Notes: generated from the sequence alone by a model not told the origin. A stretch of 63,099 bases of DNA, filler included, from Rhabdomonas costata (GCA_019059605.1; 26 parts of 26 records of this genome joined end to end with filler, not necessarily neighbours in it), one strand, 5' to 3'; shown: positions 1 to 10,590, counted from the first letter of the whole stretch. Made by a program: numbers and translations.

Positions 1-1499
1 CGCTTGAGTAGAAATTCGATAGTAAACACCACTTTAAAAAGATTTAAATGGAGCTTGGAGACTTTAGAAAAGTTACGGAGCTTGGGTGGTTGTGCAGCAG
101 AAGGAGCTTGGAGAGATGTTTTGGCGGAGCATTTAATACCATTTCTTTCTTGTAAATAAGCTGGGGGTCATTTATTTGCTGCTCATTTTTCAGGAAATGA
201 TGGCAAAGCATAGAATACACAGAGGATATAGCACATACAGACAGAAGCACTGAGCATACATCACACAACACAACCATCGGCGTTCTTTTGGAAGTAACCT
301 ATTGCGCAGACCCCAACTCATCTTACTGCACTGCATGCCTGCTGGAAAACGTATCCTCCTACTACATCGGAAGTGGTTAGGTCATGTTTACCAAACGTCA
401 TGTAACGTGATTAAATGTCAAATTTCCAATCTCCCAGGCATCTATAATGCCACGGTACTCATTGCATGCTGCAGAACTTTATGAATTTACTCGTTACTTT
501 TACTCTAGCCGCTTGCTCTACATTTCCACATAATTCACCCGTTCTACAAGATTTTTTACCACATCAAAAAAAAACAATCGCCTCGAAACCAAACATAATC
601 ACAAATTTACTCAATCATTCAACATTTTCATTCACAAATTTAACCAAATCTTTGTACTCTTTATGTACGTCAACTTACTTAGCTTAACTTAAACACAACA
701 AACCGTTGCCACGTGAAAGTCAGTTCAAGGCGCTTTAAATCGATACTCTAGTTCCAGTTGATTTAGCGCTTGATCTTTAATTAACTTCAATTTACATCTG
801 CACCCGCAACTATTTGCATATTCATTCGGATTTTGACGCCAGACTAAGCACAGTCTGTTTTCAGAAGTCAAAACAAAGCCAAAATCTAAGTCCGTTTTTA
901 CTCACAATAAATGTTATAGTTTCTTCTGATGAATTCACTGCCGACTTTGAGTCCACCACGACATTCTTTTTATCAACTTGCCACCGCATTCTGTATTTGT
1001 GTCATTTGCAACTTTTGAAGCGTAATAAACCAGTTTTAACCACGCAGTTTCATTGAAATGACGCCATATTGCAATAGTTCTGCAGATACCGATTTGAATC
1101 CTATTTCAGGCCTTATATTAGAAGCTTTTGATTCGCGTTGATATTAGTCTGATACTAGTCTTTAATAGAACGTCTCACAAACACCACATTTGGTGGACTA
1201 GTTGTGGTGTGATAAGACGTTAGTGTGCATATTTTTGTGTGGTTTTATGCTACTGATGTGAATGTTATAATATTTATCCAGTTTCGTTTACTTTTGTGAG
1301 GCAATTTGTATCATTTGTTATCTTTTTTATGCAACTTGTTCCACACTACGTTTTATGAATAAGGCACAACATCGTGTAATTGACAGTCCGTGAGACTTTA
1401 GAGAGTTTTGACTAATTGAAAGACTAGGAATTATAGCATCAATAGTTTGTGGTTAGCAAAACATCAAAAATGCATACAGTGGTGTTCTTGTGCGCGATG

Positions 1500-1975
1500 A
1501 TTGACGAGTATATGGCGCATCATCAACTGTTTGTGATATGCGTTTATGATACATCGTTTTGTGTCGTGATTTGGAAACTGATAGAGGCTTTATTAACTAA
1601 GGTAAGTTACATCCCAAAACTCAGAATTTAGTATGTTATGAGTTTTCAATTTAATTCCTGTGAACTCTATCAAATGCAGATAGGCTGGTATGTATGCATA
1701 CGATATGTTTTAAATGTTTTCATGCTACTGAGGCTAAAAAAGCACGTATTCTGAGTTTACGGTATAACATTCTATATTTACTGAACTACATTCATTGTAA
1801 ATTGCGTTGCTAAATACAGTATTATGTTAAATTGTTAAATTGCAATTTTGAATTCATTTCTGCTGGTATATTGTTGCTGTAGCTGTCCAGTCATGGAGTG
1901 ACTGATGAGTAAAAATGTGAACTAGCGTATGTGAACTATTTCACACGACCACATAAACAACTAATGCCCTGGAAA
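1500..1975 (+). repeat. Strongly diverged, AT-rich copy of repeat family R1 (A then B order)
   Basis: 1599-1654 aaggtaagttacatcccaaaactcagaatttagtatg... aligns at about 45/56 to 29995-30049. 1749-1768 ttctgagtttacggtataac matches 30290-30309 at 18/20. Weaker B-like matches follow (ccagtcatggag vs ccagcgatggag). Boundaries approximate. Confidence 0.65.
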
Positions 1976-2112
1976 AGACATATGATAGTATGCAAAACTC
2001 TTGCCACTTAAACGTTTCAATAATTGCGTTGTAGCATCAATCGAAACACGCTGCTGTATTTGCTGTGCGAGTTAGCAAAATATTGAAGGAGATATGTTAT
2101 GTACTAGGTAGA

Positions 2113-2326
2113 TTTTGCGCCTTGCATCTATTAAAAGCACTGAAGTGCAATCAGGAATATATGATGAGATGAACGTTCAAAAATGCAAGTCAAACAGCGG
2201 TAGACGCGCTAAAACAGGATTTTTTACAAGTATCACATCGCGGATTTGACTTGCACGTTTGAACGTTCATCTCATCATATATTCCTGATTGCACTTCAGT
2301 GCTTTTAATGGATGCAAGGCGCAAAA
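2113..2326. repeat. Contig-end inverted repeat (82-bp arms, 3 mismatches, 50-nt loop), probably an amplification fold-back
   Basis: 2113-2194 is the reverse complement of 2245-2326 and ends at the contig end. Confidence 0.9.
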
Positions 2327-2332
2327 CCCACC

Positions 2333-2432
2333 NNNNNNNNNNNNNNNNNNNNNNNNNNNNNNNNNNNNNNNNNNNNTTAATTAATTAANNNNNNNNNNNN
2401 NNNNNNNNNNNNNNNNNNNNNNNNNNNNNNNN
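2333..2432. other. Artificial contig linker (44 N + TTAATTAATTAA + 44 N), first of 25, recurring about every 2.43 kb
   Basis: Identical 100-nt spacer with stops in all six frames. Flanking contig lengths fall from about 2333 to 2329 bp, i.e. a size-sorted concatenation. Confidence 0.99.
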
Positions 2433-2899
2433 GTTTTTTGTTAACGCGCCTTCCTGTGCATGGTACGGAGGGTGATGGGAAGGATGATGCCGTTTGATGT
2501 TGTCCGGTTGGGGGAGACGATTTTTATCACTTTAGCACTATTAACGGGGGTTAACAAGTTTAGCTGTGATGTGTCCCAGAGAACATCTTGATTTTAGGGA
2601 TCACCACTCGTAAGAGGGACAGGGACAGGGATTTTCTCTTGAAGTTGGGGAGTGGCTCCTATCTACCGCATAAGTGTTGCATTAAACCTTGTCTCGTCTT
2701 TACCTTCCCCCTTCGTCATTACCACTGGTGGTCATGATTACCACCGCCCCTGCCAGCTAGCACTGGGCACTCTTAAAGTGAGATCTGTCGTAAGAGGCTT
2801 TGCTTAAATCCGCATGAGATGGCCAATGGTTGGGGAGAGGTGAGGCCAACAGTGTTAGCAGAAATGTGGCTGAAAATTTTTTGCTAAATTAACTTGAAA

Positions 2900-4343
2900 G
2901 GGGTCATGTAAAACATGCCAACGCCCTCGAAATGTGTTTTATAGGGGACAGGTATACTTCCCCAGTACTTCGTTGAAGTGAGGGACACAATGATTAACAT
3001 ATTTAACCAATAGCCTATAGCTGGGACACGGAGGGACAATAGGCCAATGTTTATTACAGCAGAATGCCGGTGGCGTTGCGGCAAGAGCGGGCGTCTGCTG
3101 CGGGATAACTCCAGGTGCACTACATTCCAACTCGCGACTCTCCGCGTGTTGTTAGTTTTATTCCAGGTGGTGGTCTGCTCACCGATTCACCTCTCCTCTG
3201 TTCTCGTGTGCAGTCCATTGATCTCCAAAAGCTTCCCAGGGACTCCTCCCTACAGCACACCATCGACTTCGGGTTTGGCACCCTCACCGCCCAGCTGCAG
3301 GTTTGGGCGCCCCTCCAAGCCCCTTGCACGGCGGACTCTGTCGGCTCATCCTCGCGGTTGGAAGTTTTCGCCGGAAGCCATATCGACGCTCCCATTACGT
3401 CCTGTGATGTGCCTTAGTCACCTAGTGCTCGTCGTCGCCCTAATTTTCAAGCGGCTCCATTTTATCCTGGTGAGCTTCAAAATCTGGCGCATTGCGAACG
3501 TCTTTTTGGGGAGACAGTCTGGGTTGGGAAGTACATCCTTTAAATCAATATCAGCGGAAACAAGACAAACTAGCCAGCAGTGGATAAGATGGAAAAGAGA
3601 AAGTAAGAAAAGAGGGCGTGAGAGGTAAAAAACGCATTGGAAGGGAAGGAGAGTTATAGAACAAGGGCAGGAGGGGAAGAAACGAGTGAGACGAAGCTTT
3701 CGAATGGGGTTTCCTATCATTTTGGCAGAGGTGCACCCGAGCGCTTTGTCTTTTGGTGGATGCCAATGTTTTCTAGTTGGCTTTCCATAACAGCTTGTCG
3801 ACTTGCGGAAGCTTCCCGTGGAGGATTCTTTGCACCTCAACGTGCAGTTTAGCATCGGCACAGTCAGCGCGATGCTGGAGCCAAAGCGCGCTAAGATCAA
3901 TGCTTTGGTTGCGAAATCCATGGTTAGAGGGGAGGAGGTTCTTCTCTCACATGCGCTGTCCGGCGTTGAATGAGGGCATTTTCTCTCGGCCCCTGCAGAA
4001 TATTAGCAACTTTCTCGTTGCTTTGCGCCACATGTGACTGTGTAGCCTTTGCAAGCTCCATGTGAAAGGCGTTTGGGCTCACATGGTGGTGGCACGGTCG
4101 CCATGCACCACACTGGTCACAAATTGTTCACAGCGAGCTGCGAGAAGACTGTGGCTCAAGAACAACACAAAACCCCTCTGTGACTTTTTTATGGCACTCC
4201 CTTTCCGGAATATGAACAAGTCGACACCTTGTGTGCTTTAAGGTCATGATGGTTTTCATGCTGCCGCTTGGTTTTGGTTTCTTCGACATCCGTCCTTTCT
4301 TCTATGTCATGACAATGACAATGCGATTTAGGGGGTGACAACC
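2900..4343 (-). mobile_element. Decayed Merlin (IS1595/ISXO2-like) DNA transposon remnant
   Basis: Minus-strand fragments in the expected order and roughly expected spacing, across frameshifts and stops: CDQC (about 4110), QLGGEGAKPEVDG (3260-3298; cf. IGGxGxxVEIDE), YVNH (2990-3001), THFEG (2923-2937; cf. HTNxIExxW). GG-initiated candidate TIR GGTTGTCACCCCCTAAAT at 4343-4326. Confidence 0.5.
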
Positions 4344-4368
4344 GCATTCTTGTCACCCCCTAAATCGC
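4323..4368. repeat. Perfect 19-bp inverted repeat with 8-nt spacer (candidate abutting TIRs)
   Basis: gcgatttagggggtgacaa-ccgcattc-ttgtcaccccctaaatcgc. Confidence 0.95.
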
Positions 4369-4526
4369 CCCCTTGCTTGTAAATGCTTCCCGCCCGCAAA
4401 GCCCGTAGCTGCTCTCCGCGTAAACCCCGAGAGCTGCCGCGTTTTCCTGTGCTTCGAGACAACAAGTGACTACGGGTGCTTAACTTGTACTGGACCTTTT
4501 CAGTTGGAGTGTATTTTTCGTGACAG

Positions 4527-4761
4527 TGTGATTTTTGTGCATGCTTCCTCATAAGCAAGTTTGAGTTTTCGTCAGGTGTCTGCTTTCAGAGACTGGGATG
4601 GGGAGCGAATCTTGCTTCTCCATTCTTTTTGTGTTCTTGGGTGAAGCATTAGCGCATGTGAAGAACATCGTTTTGTGTCCCCATTGCTCTCACAGTCTCT
4701 GAAAGCAGACACCTGACGAAAACTCAAACTTGCTTATGAGGAAGCATGCACAAAAATCACA
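4527..4761. repeat. Contig-end perfect inverted repeat (69-bp arms), probably a WGA template-switch artefact
   Basis: 4527-4595 is the exact reverse complement of 4693-4761, immediately before the linker. Confidence 0.9.
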
Positions 4762-4943
4762 AACANNNNNNNNNNNNNNNNNNNNNNNNNNNNNNNNNNN
4801 NNNNNNNNNTTAATTAATTAANNNNNNNNNNNNNNNNNNNNNNNNNNNNNNNNNNNNNNNNNNNNACGTTTGTTATGCTGCCGAATCATCCAACTTGGTC
4901 CGACTCACTTTGGGCTGTGTGCTTGCTTTCTGTTTGTGCCCAG

Positions 4944-6561
4944 CAACACGTTGCTCCGGTTTTCTTTGGGGCCCTGCAAGGCATCCTGGAGGTGGCCGAC
5001 ATGGTGGCGTGCTGCTCCCAGGTCTGTGTGTGCATTTGTGATGGAAGGAGGGGGTTTGGGAGGAGGTAATATTCTTTATGCTCCCTTTGCAGAGGTGAGA
5101 TTGGGTCGGGTTGAGGTTGCAGCGTCCCTGTGGCCCTGCGGCGAGTTGAGCGCAAAGACCATCTGGAAACTGGTGTTCGAAAAAGGAAACTGGGGCACCA
5201 CCTCTGCAAAATCCGATAACTCAGTCCTGAGCATCTCTCTCTGCGCAGGAATATTACGAGTACTGGGCCAAGAGAGGCCTTGACAAGAACCGCATGTGCG
5301 TATGGATGACTGGGGTGGACACAGCCCGCTTCAAGCCTAGCCAGCGCACTGCTCAGATGCGCGAGCGGCTCACCGGGGTGCGCGCGCCTTTTTCCTTTTA
5401 TTGCGGTACTGATTATTTTCACTGGCCTCGGGGCACCGGAAGATAGCTCCCATCGATGGTTGATTGAGGGAGAGGGAGATTTTCTTCTTTGACTTAGGGA
5501 CCCCTTTCTAATGTGATAAAGATATGGACTTCTAGCTTCCGTGTGTGCACGTCTGGATGCCAAAGCGGAAAGGTGCTGAGATTGAGCTTGTGTCAAGGTT
5601 TTGGATGTCCGCTGGAAATATTGCACCGGTTGTTTTGTTCGGACGGAACAAGTTGGTGTCTGTTACACACCTGCCCCCTCTTGCCACTTGCGGTCAGAGT
5701 ATTTGCCCCTTTGCCTGCCTGGGACACTTCTTCTGTTGTTGGTCGATGTATTGATGGCCGATAACCATGTTCCAGAGCACTTTGATCATATGTTTTCAAA
5801 ACGAACAAAAAACCATTTTATTTTAAGCAGAGTATGGTGGGTCCGGTCAGATCCGAACAGAGGGGGAGTGCGCGGGTTCCACGTGTGTGTCTAGGGCCAC
5901 CCTGAGCAGCCGCTTTGTGTGAACATTGGCCGGGTGTCGGTGGAGAAGAACGTGCAGGTGCTGGACTCGGTCTCACGGCGACTTCCTGGGGTTCGCTTTG
6001 CGGTTGTCGGCGACGGCGCGGAGCTGGAGAAGATGCGCACACTCATGGTGTGGTGTAGCGTTGTTTCATGCGAATGGGGCGCGATTGTTCCGTGGGATGG
6101 TGGGATGGGAATGTGCATTTTTATACACCTATTTCCAGTGTGCGCATACCATTGATACATACGCCCAGCGTCATTTGTGTCCATGTGAATATTCTTTCGA
6201 TGGAGGAGGGGGGGGGAGAGAAATCCCGCATTTTGCATCATCTCAAAAAAGGTGGTATCCTAATATTTCTCATTCATGGGTGGATAGAAAAACGCACACC
6301 ACTCTAACCCAGTCACTCAGACCTACTCCGTTACCCCCTGAAGTCGTAGTTAAATTTTGTGTATGTGTGCCTGTGTATTTTTAGGGTGACCGCGTGGTTT
6401 TCACGGGTCCTATGTTTGGGGATGAGCTGGCGTCGGCGTACGCCAGCGCGGACGTCTTCCTGGTGACCTCCGATACGGAGTGCTTCCCGCTTTGCGTGAT
6501 GGAGGCGATGGCGTCAGGGCTGCCCGTGGTGGCCCCCAAGAGGGGCGGTCAGATCGAGCAG
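4944..6561 (+). CDS. GT4 glycosyltransferase, SQD2/sulfoquinovosyltransferase-like (partial; exons 4944-5021, 5249-5377, 5895-6047, 6385-6561)
   Basis: Spliced ...VWMTGVDTARFKP..MRERLTGGHPEQPLCVNIGRVSVEKN...VVGDG...VFTGPMFGDELASAYASADVFLVTSDTECFPLCVMEAMASGLPVVAP contains the GT4 EX7E motif. All junctions GT-AG, phase 0, frame preserved. Confidence 0.88.
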
Positions 6562-8491
6562 GTCACACGCGTATCCCTATTCTTTATCCATTGCTCAACG
6601 ATAATCAAAGTCTGCGAACGCACGAGAGAGAGTGTGTGTGTGCGTGTGTGGCACGTGTGTGCTGACCCGCCACTTCCAATCATGACTTGGGACTACGTTC
6701 TCTCTCCCGACAATTAAGGCAGGTGTTGACCCGAGGTTAGGAGGGTGGTCCCCCAGAGCAATACCTCCGACAACGTGCCCCCTGGTTCCCTCAAACTGAT
6801 GCAGGGCAACCGGAAGCTCTCGGTGTCTTCGACAAAGAGTGAACCCAGAATTTGCTCAATCCCCGAGCTCCCAAGGGATACCACCATGGGCTCCAGCCCG
6901 TGCTGTCCACCACAAAGCCTTGATGAGTCGGAAATTGAGGTAATATCGTTCAAGGATCTGGCAGGAGCGGAACTCCCGCGCCTCAGATCTCCTCAGCGTT
7001 TCCGCACCCTCACGGCATGGAAATGGGCGAATGAAGTTAGCGGAGTAAATTTGCTGAACAAGTGGTGTGACCATTCCTCACGAGGCAGAAATGCCGGGGT
7101 GAATTCCCCAGGTCCGGAGTTTAGCGTGAAGTTTCTCGCTCCTAGTCATCTTGAACCATCGCAGCAATGCTGTGGTTTGTGTAGCGGCCCACCAACCCNN
7201 NNNNNNNNNNNNNNNNNNNNNNNNNNNNNNNNNNNNNNNNNNTTAATTAATTAANNNNNNNNNNNNNNNNNNNNNNNNNNNNNNNNNNNNNNNNNNNNGG
7301 TTTTGGTGGTGTGTTTGGGTGGTTTTGTAATTCGGTTTTGCGAGGGCAAAACGGGCGAAATTTGGCTTAAAATGCACTATTTTGTATTTATTTTTTTTTT
7401 CACTCTTTAGCACTTTTTTGCATCGCATTTTTGGTCCCGCCAATTCACATTTTTTCCAGCCCTGGATCTGAGGGTGAGATTTTCCGATTGGATGGAATTA
7501 TGACGTTTGGACGTTTGGATGGATTCAGATGGTTTTCAAAGAGCTCGAAGCTGCCTCCAACCATTTTATCGCAGTGTCTTAAGAGCACAGAAAGTTGGTT
7601 TTGTTATGATCTTTCGCAGAAAAATTCAAGTACTTTCTCTCGAAGGCCTTCACCAAGCGCAACCAGGTCATGGAGGAGTACGACAAAGCAAAAGCTGCTG
7701 CCGCAGCGGCCGAAGAGGAAAGCTAGCAGAATGTTTTGAATGTGCATGTCTTGAACCACTCGTGAATCTGTGAGCAAAATCCGCGAGCAGAATGTGTGTG
7801 TGTGTGTGTTTGTGTGTGCATGTGCTCAACTTGGGACAAGCATGATGCTTTGTACATTCCGCTTTTCCGTTTTGTCGAGTGTAAGCGAAACAATAACAGC
7901 ACCCCTCCAAAACGCACCACAAACATTTCAATTGCTGCTGCCTCCCGAAGAACGAGCGTTTCTTGGTTTAAACATAGCGACTCAACTGAGTTATGGGATC
8001 GTTTGAAAAGAGCGAAATCTAAATTGACGGCACTGCCGCTAGGCAGTTCGTGAAGCGTCCGGGGTGCACCAAAAACAAACAATTTACAAGAAGGATCGCG
8101 AGATCTGAGGGGGAAACAAAAAACAACAAGATGAAACGGGAACCAGAAGGGAAGGGTGACAAACACTGGCAAGATTGGAGAATTTCTCAAATCGCCTGGG
8201 GAAGAAGTGGGAGTGGAAAAACAACTCGGAAGGAGTAATTGTAACGGGGGGAGGCGGTTTTTAAAACTGTTTCGAAGAGATTTGCGAATGTCAGCGGCCA
8301 GGGATTGAGTTGTTGTGGAGACGTTGCTTTGCCCTGTTCGAACGATCCTCTCGTTTCTCAAAGAGGAAATTGGTAAATTCTTTGGTGGGAAGATGGTGGG
8401 ATGGGTGGCTGATTGTTACAAGAGCGGTGAGATCGGGCAAGATCCCCCCCGCCCTTTTTTTAAAAGACTTTTTGTTCTGATTTTCAAGCGC

Positions 8492-9539
8492 ATGGGGAAT
8501 ACAGAAGTGAAGCAATTAGTCCAGCCGAATCCCCTCAGCAAGGACGAGCTGTGCAATTTCCAGAAGATCTACCAAACCTACGGCTCCTCCCTTGTGGTGG
8601 ACGCCCCGCTATTTACCTCTCTGTTTGATACGGGCAGGGTCTCCTTCAGCATCCTTGACCGGCTTTTCACCGCTCTGGACAGGGACATCACGGGCAGCTG
8701 GGGTCAAGTGCATTTTGGGGTGCGGCAGCCGTTATGACACAATGGAACATTATGAGCCTTCCTCTTCTAGGTACCCAGCTCGTCCAAGCCCAAAATGAAA
8801 TATTGTTCCAGTGCTCTGTAGTTTTGGGTTTTGGGGATGGAGCCTTCACTGCCGCCTGCTGCTACAAAAGTAAGGTGGTGGATATTAATCTCCCCACCAC
8901 CCACCACCACCGCCGTCACACGGCTTTCGCCTGGAGGTGCACGGTGGTGCTTCTTATTTAGGGGTTGGGGTTGGGTTGGAAAAGGGAGTTAATGATGATT
9001 CGGATTAATAATGGATCAGTTCCGAACTTCGAGGAGAAAAATGGAAGATTAAGAATTAAAGGAGGGCCACCTCCGGGCCAATATATCTCAACTCTGAGAG
9101 ATGGGAAACCGTGGATCAAATCACGGATCGATCAATTGTGGCGCTGCCTCAATAAAATCGTTGTTCTGATCCATTGCTAATCCTTTGCTCCGATAACGGC
9201 TGCCCCTTCCGTGAACACGAAGAAAGTGCACTTGGCGGGGAAAGTGTTGATCTCGCCGAGCTTGCGGTCGCCCTCGTGGCTGGAGACCGCGCGCCAGTGC
9301 AGGAGAAGCTCCGGTTCCTGTTCTCTGTTCTGGAGCAAAACGGAGAGAGGAAGCTGCTGCGGAAGGAGGTAATGCGGCTTCTGGTGGTGGCGATTCGCCA
9401 GAACATTGCCAGGCTGAGGGGAGGCTCCGGGGGCCTATGGAAGGACCGCGAGTGCGCGGGGTGCAAGAAGGTTCCCAAGGGTGTGGTCTACACCTGTGAG
9501 GACTGCTGCTCAGGGTCCGTGCTTGGGGTGCCGATCACA
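8492..9539 (+). CDS. N-myristoylation-type (MG) EF-hand protein (calcineurin-B/recoverin-like) followed by a ZZ-like zinc finger (5' part; exons 8492-8701, 9240-9539)
   Basis: MGNTE...LDRLFTALDRDITG(SW|E)SVDLAELAVAL...EKLRFLFSVLEQ...CAGCKKVPKGVVYTCEDC. AG acceptor 3 nt upstream of the ATG. Confidence 0.75.
8702..9239 (+). other. Euglenid-type non-conventional (non-GT-AG) intron, 538 nt
   Basis: Ends are GG...GG. CAA at +4..+6 pairs with TTG at -8..-6 within a 12-bp stem (8705-8716/9223-9234). Further stems: 8724-8735/9193-9204 (perfect 12 bp) and 8740-8746/9170-9176. Removal restores the frame. Confidence 0.72.
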
Positions 9540-10590
9540 GTCTGTCTGTGCTCGGGTGTGCCCCCAATTTCTCCTTTACAAAAAGTTGCCAGAATGCACA
9601 GAGAAAAATGCCTCTCGCCCACCCCCACCCCNNNNNNNNNNNNNNNNNNNNNNNNNNNNNNNNNNNNNNNNNNNNTTAATTAATTAANNNNNNNNNNNNN
9701 NNNNNNNNNNNNNNNNNNNNNNNNNNNNNNNGGTTTTGGGGAGCGAAGTAGCCAGCCCTCACAACAGCTGGGGAAGGAAGCAATGAAACATTCAAACAAT
9801 ACCAGCACAGATCACCCCCAACGAAGGCAACGAAGGGGAGAAGGAAGGAGAGGTGGGTGGACCTGACCTTCTCCTATCCGAGACCTGCAGTTTTGGGAGC
9901 CGGTAACCCTAACCCAGCCCGTAGCTTTGAGCACAACATGTGCAACTGATTTGTTCAAATCCCTTCTGAATGGCCGAACGCAGCTGGGAATTGGGGGTCG
10001 GCATAGGTCGACAAATAGGTGTGTCGCACCTATGCCGCATCCCTCAGACATTTTCTTCTCGTTTCTCGTTGCTGGGAGCAAGACCCAAAAAAAAAAGTAG
10101 GAATCCAATCACGGCAATCCTCTCTGGCGAAGAGTGGGATGCCTTTGTCCAACTGGCGTTCAAGGCCACAGGAGGGTGCTGTCGTCCTCTTTAATCTGTT
10201 GTCTTCGTCTGTCCCTTTACCGGAAGAGGAACCGTTTCGAGCTGTCTGGCTGCAACAGCAGGACCCAGTACGGCAAAAGGTAAAACACTAACACTGACTC
10301 TAACCCTCACCCCTACCCCACTCGGAAGTGAGTGAGGATCCGGCTCCCTCCAAAATGTGCTTCGTTAACTTCCTCCACTCCCCACTATTCTCCGAAAAAC
10401 CTTCAGAACCATGCAGTACACGCATGCACAAACCAAGCAAACATGAATCATAACAGTGCAAACACAACAACCTGCTATACAAACGAAGAAAACACTCCCT
10501 GTCCCAGCAGGCTCTCCTTCTCGTCCCCAAGTGCAAGTCCCGGTACCCACTGGAAGAAGAAGCGCCCCAGGACCTACCGAAAACCTGCCC

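Noticed and set aside
2377-2388. Regularly spaced TTAATTAATTAA as a CRISPR-like or biological repeat
   Set aside because: Always embedded in 44-N flanks. It is a synthetic six-frame-stop linker, and ORFs ending in X...LIN are artefacts.
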